A DNA stretch of 22,326 nucleotides from an archaeon. GTDB taxonomy: Archaea; Iainarchaeota; Iainarchaeia; Iainarchaeales; CSSED10-239. The stretch is taken from assembly GCA_035387745.1 (NCBI GenBank), contig DAOOON010000003.1, forward strand, positions 26,503 through 48,828. Direction: 5' to 3'. Positions 14,808 through 22,194 of this stretch are shown one piece after another. The translations under genes were made by a program, and so were the position numbers. Position 1 is the first letter of the stretch. Every line of letters begins with the position of its first letter. The notes beneath the pieces were generated by a model. The model made no database searches, was not told the DNA's origin, and worked only from the letters and a program-made list of their open reading frames with translations.

Positions 14808-15497
14808 TTAGTTGATTACAAAAACATTCTTTTCTGTAGTTTCAAACTCTTTATCATCAATCTTTAATTTTACTAATTCTTTTTTTATCATGTTCCCTTT
14901 CTTTACTGCAACAATGATTCCGGTTTTCCCAATGTGTTTACCACCAATTAAGAAAACTTTTCTGCCTTTCTCTAAAGGGTAATATTCTTTTATGGTGTTG
15001 TCTTCAAGATCAAGTTTTATAGAAGCCTTTGTCTTGTATGCTTGATTTGTTGTAATTACACTTCTTCCATCGTTTGTTATTAATTGTATCTGCCCTTTCT
15101 TGGTTATCATTTTTTTAATTATCTTACAAACTTTATATTTTGTTTCGTCTTGATTTATTTCTATTAATGTTATTAGTCCGTTTTGTTTGTATATTACTTT
15201 GTATGCCTTCTTTATCTTTGGTAACTCTATAATATCAAATAATCCAACTGCGTAATTGATTGACTTAATTGGTTTTTTATCAACTGCCATTTCTTTGTTT
15301 CTAACAACAAAAGTTGATTCTCTGTTGTTTTCTGTTAAATGTAATATGTCTCTTAAGACATAACCTGCACTAACAACCTTTAGAAGAGTGTGCTTTCCTG
15401 GGTCTGGTCTTAGAACAAAGGTTTTTTTCTTATCAACCTTGTGTACCTTTCCGACATTTTGAGTTTTTAAAACTCTTGTACTTCCTTTCTTTGTCAT
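14808..15497 (-). CDS. rps4e: 30S ribosomal protein eS4 (S4e)
   Basis: MTKKGSTRVLKTQN...VVSAGYVLRDILHLTENNRE...KVFLIGGKHIGKTGIIV. The track start at 15512 is a TTG overlapping GGTGA (tcacc 15506-15510), so ATG at 15497 is preferred. Confidence 0.92.
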   Translation of the reverse strand: MTKKGSTRVLKTQNVGKVHKVDKKKTFVLRPDPGKHTLLKVVSAGYVLRDILHLTENNRESTFVVRNKEMAVDKKPIKSINYAVGLFDIIELPKIKKAYKVIYKQNGLITLIEINQDETKYKVCKIIKKMITKKGQIQLITNDGRSVITTNQAYKTKASIKLDLEDNTIKEYYPLEKGRKVFLIGGKHIGKTGIIVAVKKGNMIKKELVKLKIDDKEFETTEKNVFVIN

Positions 15498-15512
15498 ATT
15501 ATAAGTCACCAA

Positions 15513-15875
15513 TTATTTTTTTGATTTTTTTTCAACAAATCTTTTTTTATCATTTAAAACTAATGTTGTGATTACTAAATTTGAAGCCTTAAATGGCAAT
15601 AATTTTTCCTGACCTCTTGAATTTGTTACTTTGAAGTCTTTTAGATAAACTGTGCCTTTGTCGTAGTTTACTTTTTCTACAACGCTTGTCTTTCCTTTAT
15701 TGTCCCCAACAAGAACTTTAACGGTGTCTCCTTTTCTTAAAGACGCTCTTTTCTTGTTTACTTGTTTTACAAGCTGCTTGTCGATTGGAGCAACTAATAA
15801 TTTTCTTTTAACATGATAAACGCCAGTTAACATTCTTTTTCTGTTCTTTCCTGGTTTTTTTGTTTTATTAATCAT
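15513..15875 (-). CDS. rpl24: 50S ribosomal protein uL24
   Basis: KOW motif LRKGDTVKVLVGDNKGKTSVVEKVNYDKGTVYL. AGGTGA lies upstream (15883-15888). Confidence 0.92.
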   Translation of the reverse strand: MINKTKKPGKNRKRMLTGVYHVKRKLLVAPIDKQLVKQVNKKRASLRKGDTVKVLVGDNKGKTSVVEKVNYDKGTVYLKDFKVTNSRGQEKLLPFKASNLVITTLVLNDKKRFVEKKSKK

Positions 15876-15896
15876 TTTTTATTCACCTAAATAATC

Positions 15897-16295
15897 TTAA
15901 ATAACTGCACTTGCAAGACCCGCAATCTTTGGGTATCTCTCACCAACTTCTTTTGCAACACAACCTTTGATTTCAGAACCTTTTGGAAAACCCTTTGGAT
16001 CTGTTAAAACAACTGCGTTGTCTTCAAAGCAAACTCTCCAGCCGTTTTTTCTTCTATATTCTTTTCTTACTCTAACAACAACTGCTCTTTCCATTTTCTT
16101 CTTCATTGCTGGCTTTCCTTTTTTAACAACAACATTTAATAGAGATGCAATTCCTGCAGACTGTACGCCTTTTCTTTTTGTTTTAATATTGATGACTGAA
16201 ATAATCTCTATTTCTTTAGCACCACTATTGTCTGAACATAAACATCTAGAACCAATCTGAAGTCCTCTTGTTACTTTTGCACTTATTGGTTTCAT
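15897..16295 (-). CDS. rpl14: 50S ribosomal protein uL14
   Basis: LQIGSRCLCSDNSGAKEIEIISV...AVVVRVRKEYRRKNGWRVCFEDNAVVL. Confidence 0.93.
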   Translation of the reverse strand: MKPISAKVTRGLQIGSRCLCSDNSGAKEIEIISVINIKTKRKGVQSAGIASLLNVVVKKGKPAMKKKMERAVVVRVRKEYRRKNGWRVCFEDNAVVLTDPKGFPKGSEIKGCVAKEVGERYPKIAGLASAVI

Positions 16296-16663
16296 TCTTC
16301 TTCAACCTCTTCTTCCTCTATACCTTCGTATTTGTCATCATCTTTAATTATGTCTTCCATGTGGCTTACAGTTCCTAGTTTTTTCATAATAACAAAAGAC
16401 TTTGTTTTACTTAGTTTTCTTGTTTCGCCCACAAGGACTATGTCTCCTATATTAATCTCCATACATTCTGGGCAGTGTACTGGAATCTTTACTTTCTTTT
16501 TCATATATCTTTCATATTTTCTGATATACTTTGTTTTTTCCATTTGTATTACTGCGGTCTTTATGGCTTTTTTCTTAACCACAATACCCTGTAAAGTCTT
16601 TCCTCTTACGCTTATCTGTCCATGAATCGGGCAGTTTTTATCAAGACATGTTTTAGCATCCAT
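16292..16663 (-). CDS. rps17: 30S ribosomal protein uS17 with acidic C-terminal tail
   Basis: DKNCPIHGQISVRGKTLQGIVVKKKAIKTAVIQ...GDIVLVGETRKLSKTKSFVI, with the tail DDDKYEGIEEEEVEEE. Confidence 0.92.
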   Translation of the reverse strand: MDAKTCLDKNCPIHGQISVRGKTLQGIVVKKKAIKTAVIQMEKTKYIRKYERYMKKKVKIPVHCPECMEINIGDIVLVGETRKLSKTKSFVIMKKLGTVSHMEDIIKDDDKYEGIEEEEVEEE

Positions 16664-16669
16664 AACTTT

Positions 16670-16864
16670 TCACATATTTATTGTTTCTAAATCTATTATT
16701 TCATTTTTTTTAATTTCAAATATTTTTTCTTTATCATCTCTAATTTTTAGCAAATCTTTTGTTTGGTAGATAATTATTCCTTTTTTTCCTATCTTTGTTC
16801 TGTCTGAGGAATTTTTAATAATTATAATCTTTCCAATCAGCTCAGAATTTTTGACATTAAGCAT
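16670..16864 (-). CDS. rnp1: RNase P protein component 1 (Rpp29/Pop4 family), miniaturised to 64 aa
   Basis: ELIGKIIIIKNSSDRTKIGKKGIIIYQTKDLLKIRDDKEKIFEIKKNE fits the Sm-like Rpp29 core pattern (LiG..v.V..S.n....G..G.vv.ET.n.l.i......k.ipK). It occupies the conserved slot between aSUI1 and rps17. The start overlaps the aSUI1 3' end by 8 nt. Confidence 0.7.
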   Translation of the reverse strand: MLNVKNSELIGKIIIIKNSSDRTKIGKKGIIIYQTKDLLKIRDDKEKIFEIKKNEIIDLETINM

Positions 16865-17159
16865 CGATTAATTCTCCAAGATATCCTTTCTCTATTAATA
16901 GTTTTTTTATTCTTTCTTTTTGCTCGCCTTGTAGTTCAATAACATTTTCTTTGACTGTTCCCCCACAAGCTAATTTCTTTTTAAGATACTTGAAAACTTC
17001 CTGTTGCTCGTTAGCATCTGTAAACCCTGAAATCAGAGTCGCATACTTCTTGAATTTCTTTCTCTCTGTTCTGATTTTTATCTGTTGTTGCTCTCTTGTT
17101 CTAAGATCACAAGTACAGATTGTTTTTGGTAAATGACATACAGGACAAATCTCAGCCAT
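16857..17159 (-). CDS. Translation initiation factor aSUI1 (aIF1)
   Basis: The N-terminal zinc knuckle is MAEICPVCHLPKTICTC. The SUI1 core is IKIRTERKKFKKYATLISGF...LKKKLACGGTVKENVIELQGEQKERIKKLL. Confidence 0.88.
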   Translation of the reverse strand: MAEICPVCHLPKTICTCDLRTREQQQIKIRTERKKFKKYATLISGFTDANEQQEVFKYLKKKLACGGTVKENVIELQGEQKERIKKLLIEKGYLGELIDA

Positions 17160-17182
17160 ATTTTACTTTAACACCTCACAAA

Positions 17183-17449
17183 TTATTTCTTCTTATCTTT
17201 TGTTTTTGGAGTTACTTCTTTTTTTGAAGCAACCTTAACTGGAACTTCTTTTTGCTTTTTCTTTAGAGCATTTAATTTTGTTAGTAGTCTTGCTATCTGT
17301 TTTTTAAGAGTTGTTTTCTTTGAAGGATTAGTGGATTTTGTTTTTGAAGCTAGCATTCCTTTTTCCTTTGCTAGATCTAGTTTTAAATCTCTAACTTTAT
17401 TTTCAATTTCAACCATTGAATTTAATGCTACTGCTTTTTTCTTTGTCAT
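17183..17449 (-). CDS. rpl29: 50S ribosomal protein uL29 with Lys-rich C-terminal extension
   Basis: ENKVRDLKLDLAKEKGMLASKTKSTNPSKKTTLKKQIARLLT, in the position after rps3. Confidence 0.88.
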   Translation of the reverse strand: MTKKKAVALNSMVEIENKVRDLKLDLAKEKGMLASKTKSTNPSKKTTLKKQIARLLTKLNALKKKQKEVPVKVASKKEVTPKTKDKKK

Positions 17450-17453
17450 CTAA

Positions 17454-18269
17454 TCACTCTTCTATTATTTCTTCTACTATCTCTAATTTTTCTTCTTTAG
17501 TTTCTTTCTTTTCTTTTTTCACTCTTGGTTTCTTTTCCGTTTTCTCTGTTGACTTTTCTTCTTTTGCTTTTTTCTTTTCTTCAACTTTTTCTTTAGCAAC
17601 TATTGTTTCTTTCTCAACTTCTTCTTCTCTATTCTCTAGCCTTTTTTGTTCTCTTGCTAGCTTGTGTCTATGAGATAACTCTCTAACATCGATCTTGTCT
17701 GAAAAGACAGTTTCTGGCTGAACAATTCTAAGTCTTATACCGATTGTTCCAAGGCCTGGAAAGGTTGTTCTTTTTTCAAAAGCAACAAGGTCTTTTTGAG
17801 AACCGGCTTTTTTTAAGTATCCAAATGCGTATCTTGAAGATCTTTTTCTTTGACCTTTACCTGCGGTGTTACCTTTTGCAACAATTTCTGCACCTACTGC
17901 GCCTGCATTTTTCATCTGCGTCATCGCTCTATAGACTGCTGACTTCCAAGCAATTCCTCTTCCAATATCATTTGAAAGGTTTTCAATTATTACTCTTGGA
18001 TCAAGATCTTTGTTTTGTAGTTCTCCAATCTCTATATGCACTTTATTTAACCCAAAGTCTCTTTCAAGATCCTCAGTTAATGCTTTAATATTAAATCCGC
18101 TTTTACCAATTACAAAGCCAGGTCTTAAAGCGTAGATAACAACTCTTGTGGAAATTGGCGACTTAACAACCTCGACATCTATAAATCCAGCTTGCTTTAG
18201 TTTCTTTTGTAGATACTGAGCAATTGCCATCTTTTTTAGTTTGTCTTTGACAAAAACATTCTCCTTCAT
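17454..18269 (-). CDS. rps3: 30S ribosomal protein uS3 with ~60-aa Lys/Glu-rich C-terminal extension
   Basis: The KH region is LKQAGFIDVEVVKSPISTRVVIYALRPGFVIGKSGFNIKALTEDL. The tail is EEKKKAKEEKSTEKTEKKPRVKKEKKETKEEKLEIVEEIIEE. Confidence 0.93.
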   Translation of the reverse strand: MKENVFVKDKLKKMAIAQYLQKKLKQAGFIDVEVVKSPISTRVVIYALRPGFVIGKSGFNIKALTEDLERDFGLNKVHIEIGELQNKDLDPRVIIENLSNDIGRGIAWKSAVYRAMTQMKNAGAVGAEIVAKGNTAGKGQRKRSSRYAFGYLKKAGSQKDLVAFEKRTTFPGLGTIGIRLRIVQPETVFSDKIDVRELSHRHKLAREQKRLENREEEVEKETIVAKEKVEEKKKAKEEKSTEKTEKKPRVKKEKKETKEEKLEIVEEIIEE

Positions 18270-18277
18270 GTTTGATC

Positions 18278-18751
18278 TTAAGCCTCCACCACTATTACTT
18301 CAATATTTGTAGATTTTGATTCTCTTGTCTTTCCGCCGATTCTACCCATTGGCTGTATCTTTTGTCTTGTTACACCTTTTGTTGCAAACATGCTTTCTAC
18401 CTTTAACTTTTCTGTGTCTAGGTTTTTGTTTTCAGCATTTGCTTTTGCTTCTTCAAGCATAAGTCTTACATATTTTGCGCACTTGACTGGATATCTCCCT
18501 ATTGTTGTACCTCTTTTGCTTTGTCCTTTTCTGTTTGGAACTTTCTTAGCATACTTAACAAGTGGAAGGTAGTCCTTCTTTGCTTCTATGTCTGCTAAAA
18601 TCTTTAATGCTTTTTTTACAGGCATATTTCTAAAATAATTTCCAAACTCTACTGCGTACTTAACAGAGATTGGGCAATTATGCTTTGAAGCTCTTGCAGA
18701 CTTTTTAGAGTCCAACTTTTTTTGGTAGTTGTAATTATGATCTGATGACAT
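18278..18751 (-). CDS. rpl22: 50S ribosomal protein uL22
   Basis: SARASKHNCPISVKYAVEFGNYFRNMPVKKA...GRYPVKCAKYVRLMLEEAKANAE. Confidence 0.92.
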   Translation of the reverse strand: MSSDHNYNYQKKLDSKKSARASKHNCPISVKYAVEFGNYFRNMPVKKALKILADIEAKKDYLPLVKYAKKVPNRKGQSKRGTTIGRYPVKCAKYVRLMLEEAKANAENKNLDTEKLKVESMFATKGVTRQKIQPMGRIGGKTRESKSTNIEVIVVEA

Positions 18752-18762
18752 ATTTTATCACT

Positions 18763-19146
18763 TTACTTTCTTGCAGCAACAGCAGTACTGGACTTGGTTG
18801 CACCGATTCCTGCTTTACCGTGTCTTATTCTCTTTCTTGTAAATGCAAACTCTCCAAGATAATGTGCTAACATGTCTGGGAAAATTTCTGTTTGTAAAAA
18901 CTCTTTTCCATTATAGACATAAATTGTTTTACCAACCATCTTTGGTGTAATTATGATGTCTCTTCTGTGTGTTCTTATTTTCTTGTTTGCTTTTTTGTCT
19001 TTTTCTATTCTTTCGTAGAATGCATCGCTATGGTTTCTTCTTAAATGCCTCTTTGCTCTAGTTCCTGCAATATTTGCAAAATCTAGTAAAGACATCTTTT
19101 TTAGTTCTTCTAGAGTGTGCCCTCTATATTTGAATTCTTCTGCCAT
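18763..19146 (-). CDS. rps19: 30S ribosomal protein uS19
   Basis: GKTIYVYNGKEFLQTEIFPDMLAHYLGEFAFTRKRIRHGKAGIGATKSS. Confidence 0.93.
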   Translation of the reverse strand: MAEEFKYRGHTLEELKKMSLLDFANIAGTRAKRHLRRNHSDAFYERIEKDKKANKKIRTHRRDIIITPKMVGKTIYVYNGKEFLQTEIFPDMLAHYLGEFAFTRKRIRHGKAGIGATKSSTAVAARK

Positions 19147-19171
19147 TGTTTATACACCTTAATTATTTATA

Positions 19172-19876
19172 CTATTTCTTCTTTCTACCTGTTCTCTTTG
19201 AAGCAATTGCACCAACCTTTCTTCCAGATGGAGCGTGTCTTGAAGTAGACTTAGAGTGACCAACGTGATGCTGAGAACCACCAAATGGGTGATCTACAGG
19301 ATTCATTGCTACACCTCTTACTCTTGGATACTTCTTCCCTTTTGCTTTCATTGCTTTAAACTTTGCACCAGCAGTAACAAATGGTTTTGTTTTTCTTCCG
19401 CCGCCTGCAATTACGCCAATTGTTGCTCTTGCATCAAGTGGCAATTGTACTAACTTACCTGATGGTAATTTAATTATTGCTTTTTCTTTTTTGTTAACAA
19501 GTATTGCTGTCTGACCGCCAGCTCTAACAAACTTTCCCCCATCTCCAAAGTTTTTTTCAATATTAAAGATTGTGGTTCCGGGCTCTATTTCGCCTAGTGG
19601 TAAGACATTACCTTTTTTCTTTTGTGCACCTGAGCCAAACTCAAGTCTTTGACCTGTTACTAATCCTTCTGCACAAATTACATATTCTTTTGTGCCGTCT
19701 GCCATTAGAATTTCAGCAACTGGCGAAGATCTTATTGGATCTGTTACTAAATCTATAACTTGTCCTGTCTGTAATTCTTTAACAGTTCTATAATTAATAT
19801 CAAATTTAGCATTATTGGTAGCAGTATATACTGGCCCGCCTTTTCCTCTTCTTTGAATCTTTAAACGTCTTCCCAT
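19172..19876 (-). CDS. rpl2: 50S ribosomal protein uL2
   Basis: MGRRLKIQRRGKGGPVY...RVRGVAMNPVDHPFGGSQHHVGHSKSTSRHAPSGRKVG. Confidence 0.95.
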   Translation of the reverse strand: MGRRLKIQRRGKGGPVYTATNNAKFDINYRTVKELQTGQVIDLVTDPIRSSPVAEILMADGTKEYVICAEGLVTGQRLEFGSGAQKKKGNVLPLGEIEPGTTIFNIEKNFGDGGKFVRAGGQTAILVNKKEKAIIKLPSGKLVQLPLDARATIGVIAGGGRKTKPFVTAGAKFKAMKAKGKKYPRVRGVAMNPVDHPFGGSQHHVGHSKSTSRHAPSGRKVGAIASKRTGRKKK

Positions 19877-19890
19877 TTTTAATCACGTAT

Positions 19891-20160
19891 TTATATGATA
19901 CCTAATTTGTTAGCTAAATCTTGAGCATTAAAGCCTTTCTTTAAAGTAACAAATGCTTTCTTTCTGTTTTTTCTATCAAATAAAACATTTACTGTTTTTA
20001 CTTTAACATTATATAATTTTTCAACAGCCTCTTTTATTTCTTTTTTTGTTGATGCTTTGTTTACAACAAAAGTTACTCTGTTGGTTGTTGAAATCATATT
20101 TACTGTTTTTTCAGTAATGACTGGATATTCTAAAACTTCATAATATTCGATTTTTTTCAT
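19891..20160 (-). CDS. rpl23: 50S ribosomal protein uL23
   Basis: LEYPVITEKTVNMISTTNRVTFVVNKASTKKEIKEAVEKLYNVKVKTVN. GTGAT SD lies at 20166-20170. Confidence 0.92.
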   Translation of the reverse strand: MKKIEYYEVLEYPVITEKTVNMISTTNRVTFVVNKASTKKEIKEAVEKLYNVKVKTVNVLFDRKNRKKAFVTLKKGFNAQDLANKLGII

Positions 20161-20170
20161 AAAATATCAC

Positions 20171-20977
20171 TTATTCAAATCTTTTCTTTAATTCCTCAAT
20201 TGCAGCTTGGCTATAGATTGTTAGTCTTCCTGCGTGTGTTCCTGGAGCTAACTCTTTAATTGATAATTGTCTTGCAGAGATGACATCAGCACCTTCAAGA
20301 TTACTGAATGCTTTGTAGTTTTTACTGTCTGCTAGGACAAACAAAATACTTTTTCTTTTCTTGTATTTTCTTCCTCTCATCTTTCCTTTTCCTGCTCTTA
20401 TTGTTTTCTTTTCTTTAGCTTTTATTACATCTTTATCTAAACCTAATTTTTCAAGAGCTGTATAGATTTGAGAAGTCTTGCTTAAGCTTTCTAATTTGTT
20501 ATCAAAAATAATTGGTAATGTTATCTTTTCTGGTAAGATGTGTCCTCTCTCTTCAACTAAGTTTCTATTAGCTGTTGCAGAAACTGCAGAGATTATTGCT
20601 TTTGTTCTTTCTTTAGAGTTTATTTTCCTTGCAAGGATTTCGGCAACCTTTGGAGGGTGAGCTCGTGGTCCACCAACTGCTTGAGAGACTCTCATAACTC
20701 TACCTGCCATTAACACTCTTTTGTTCTTTGTTCTTGGTAGTCTTGCGTGCCCAGTATTAATTGTGATGTTTGCTTTGTTTTCTTTTCTTCTACCGATGTA
20801 GATTGAAGTATAGTTTCTGTTTGAGTATGGAGAAACACCCATTGCCTGATAGCCTTTTGACTGACTAGAGATTACTGCTTTTTTAATTAAGTCTGGTCTA
20901 TAGTCCTGTGCAAAATATTCAGGTAACTCTATCTCTTTGATTGTCTTTCCTTCTAAATCATAAATATTTGCTTTCAT
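20171..20977 (-). CDS. rpl4: 50S ribosomal protein uL4
   Basis: SPYSNRNYTSIYIGRRKENKANITINTGHARLPRTKNKRVLMAGRVMRVSQAVGGPRAHPPK. Confidence 0.93.
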   Translation of the reverse strand: MKANIYDLEGKTIKEIELPEYFAQDYRPDLIKKAVISSQSKGYQAMGVSPYSNRNYTSIYIGRRKENKANITINTGHARLPRTKNKRVLMAGRVMRVSQAVGGPRAHPPKVAEILARKINSKERTKAIISAVSATANRNLVEERGHILPEKITLPIIFDNKLESLSKTSQIYTALEKLGLDKDVIKAKEKKTIRAGKGKMRGRKYKKRKSILFVLADSKNYKAFSNLEGADVISARQLSIKELAPGTHAGRLTIYSQAAIEELKKRFE

Positions 20978-20999
20978 AGTAAATCAATACCTTTAATCT

Positions 21000-21986
21000 T
21001 TACTTGTTAATATAACTTATATCTGTTAATTCTAACTTTTGCTTTTGTGGTCTAAATGTGTGTCTTAAAGCCACTACTCTTTTTGTGGTTCCAGGAGTGG
21101 AGCCATCAACAAGAATATATTTGTTTTTTAAAAGTCCGTAGTTTTTTAGTCCGCCCTTTCTATTGACTTTATTAATGTCTGAATCTATCATAACTAGTTT
21201 TTTATTAGTCTCTGTTCTGTTATGATATCCATATTGACCAGCTCTTGCAACAGTATACATGATTGTTGCAGGATGCCATGGGTTGATACCACCAACATGT
21301 CTTTGAGACTTGTTTGCTTTTCTTCTTTGTACTTTAACATTAAATCTCTCAACAACGCCTGTTGTTCCATAACCTGTGGTTATGCTTTTGACATCTAGAT
21401 AATCATCAACCTTAAAGACGTCATCAACTGAAATTGTTTTGTTTATTTTTTCTTTTAAGTAGGATATTTGCTCATCATAGGTTCCTGACAATGGAATTTC
21501 AACAATTACTGGCTTTTTCTGGCCTGTTCCTGTTGCCTTATAATTGATTGTTGCTATTAAAACTAAAGAATCAGCTTCATCTTTTCTTTTAAGAGCATCT
21601 TCAAGAGTTGCGGATTTTTTTTGTTTTCTACCTGTAACTCTCTTTTTAAAATCAGTGTCTTGGTTTGTAAACTCAATTATTGCTTTTTTACCGGCATTGA
21701 CATTATGCTCTTTATAGAATCTTGCGCCTATAACTTTAAGATCAGGGGTCTCTATGATTGTTACTGGAACAGAGATTTCTTGACCATAGGAGGATGCGCC
21801 TTTTTTTGCATTCTTGCCTATCACAAAAGTGCTGCCTGCCTTGATTGCGTAAAAACAAAGAGGCTTAGTACCCTTAATTGTCTTCTCTACTCCTCCAAAG
21901 GAGTTAAACTTAGGAATAATGCTACTAGCTCTAACTCTTGGATAAAAACTCATTGAACCAGATCTTGGTTTATTTTGTACACCCAT
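21000..21986 (-). CDS. rpl3: 50S ribosomal protein uL3
   Basis: KPRSGSMSFYPRVRA...GYGTTGVVERFNVKVQRRKANKSQRHVGGINPWHPATIMYTVARAGQYGYHNRTE. Confidence 0.95.
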   Translation of the reverse strand: MGVQNKPRSGSMSFYPRVRASSIIPKFNSFGGVEKTIKGTKPLCFYAIKAGSTFVIGKNAKKGASSYGQEISVPVTIIETPDLKVIGARFYKEHNVNAGKKAIIEFTNQDTDFKKRVTGRKQKKSATLEDALKRKDEADSLVLIATINYKATGTGQKKPVIVEIPLSGTYDEQISYLKEKINKTISVDDVFKVDDYLDVKSITTGYGTTGVVERFNVKVQRRKANKSQRHVGGINPWHPATIMYTVARAGQYGYHNRTETNKKLVMIDSDINKVNRKGGLKNYGLLKNKYILVDGSTPGTTKRVVALRHTFRPQKQKLELTDISYINK

Positions 21987-22005
21987 AATAATCGTACTTT
22001 GTGTG

Positions 22006-22014
22006 TTATATTTT
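22006..22014 (-). promoter_or_regulatory. Candidate TATA box for the rpl3-led unit (leaderless geometry)
   Basis: The minus strand reads gAAAATATAAcacacaaagtacgattattATG, placing the TATA-like element at -28 to -20 from the rpl3 ATG. This is the same spacing as upstream of rpl18e, and no GGTGA SD is present. The AT-rich context keeps this weak. Confidence 0.3.
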
Positions 22015-22166
22015 CATTTTTCATTTAATTAATATTAAAATCCGTAGAAATAGCATAAAAAGATAGAGAAAAACTCATCTTTTCTGCATTTATATGTTGG
22101 TTAGTGTCTTTCTCGCCACTGATTTTGGTACCAACAAACAGTCTACAGATTGTGGTTTAAATGCCT

Positions 22167-22194
22167 AAAAAACAAACAAATAAGCTTTGTTTGT
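22167..22194 (-). other. Perfect 9-bp hairpin followed by a T5 run on the minus strand (terminator-like or operator-like element)
   Basis: acaaacaaa (22172-22180) and tttgtttgt (22186-22194) are exact reverse complements with a 5-nt loop taagc. The minus-strand RNA would be ACAAACAAAGCUUAUUUGUUUGUUUUUU. Confidence 0.3.

Noticed and set aside
2853-15512. The ORF track adds N-terminal extensions such as MNRGS- (2867), MIK- (3846), MQERKSNILKGEI- (4082), MKK- (4458), MKKI- (13677), an extra M (14081) and MVTYN- (15512).
   Set aside because: These start codons are GTG or TTG lying inside or next to the GGTGA(T) Shine-Dalgarno of the same gene. The next ATG has canonical spacing and gives the conserved N-terminus, for example MICPVRCFSCG for RpoN.
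2251-21956. The track lists many other plus-strand ORFs of 60-115 aa, for example 3150-3425, 4825-5070, 7946-8257, 8669-9016, 11477-11788, 14523-14867, 17416-17673, 17744-18088 and 21621-21956.
   Set aside because: Each is fully antisense to a well-supported conserved minus-strand gene. They are Phe/Leu/Ser-rich, as expected from reading Lys/Glu/Arg-rich genes backwards, and lack GGTGA motifs upstream.
22094-22168. A 24-aa plus-strand ORF (MLVSVFLATDFGTNKQSTDCGLNA) lies in the spacer upstream of rpl3.
   Set aside because: It has no SD and no recognisable motif, and its length is within chance expectation. The region is more likely non-coding.
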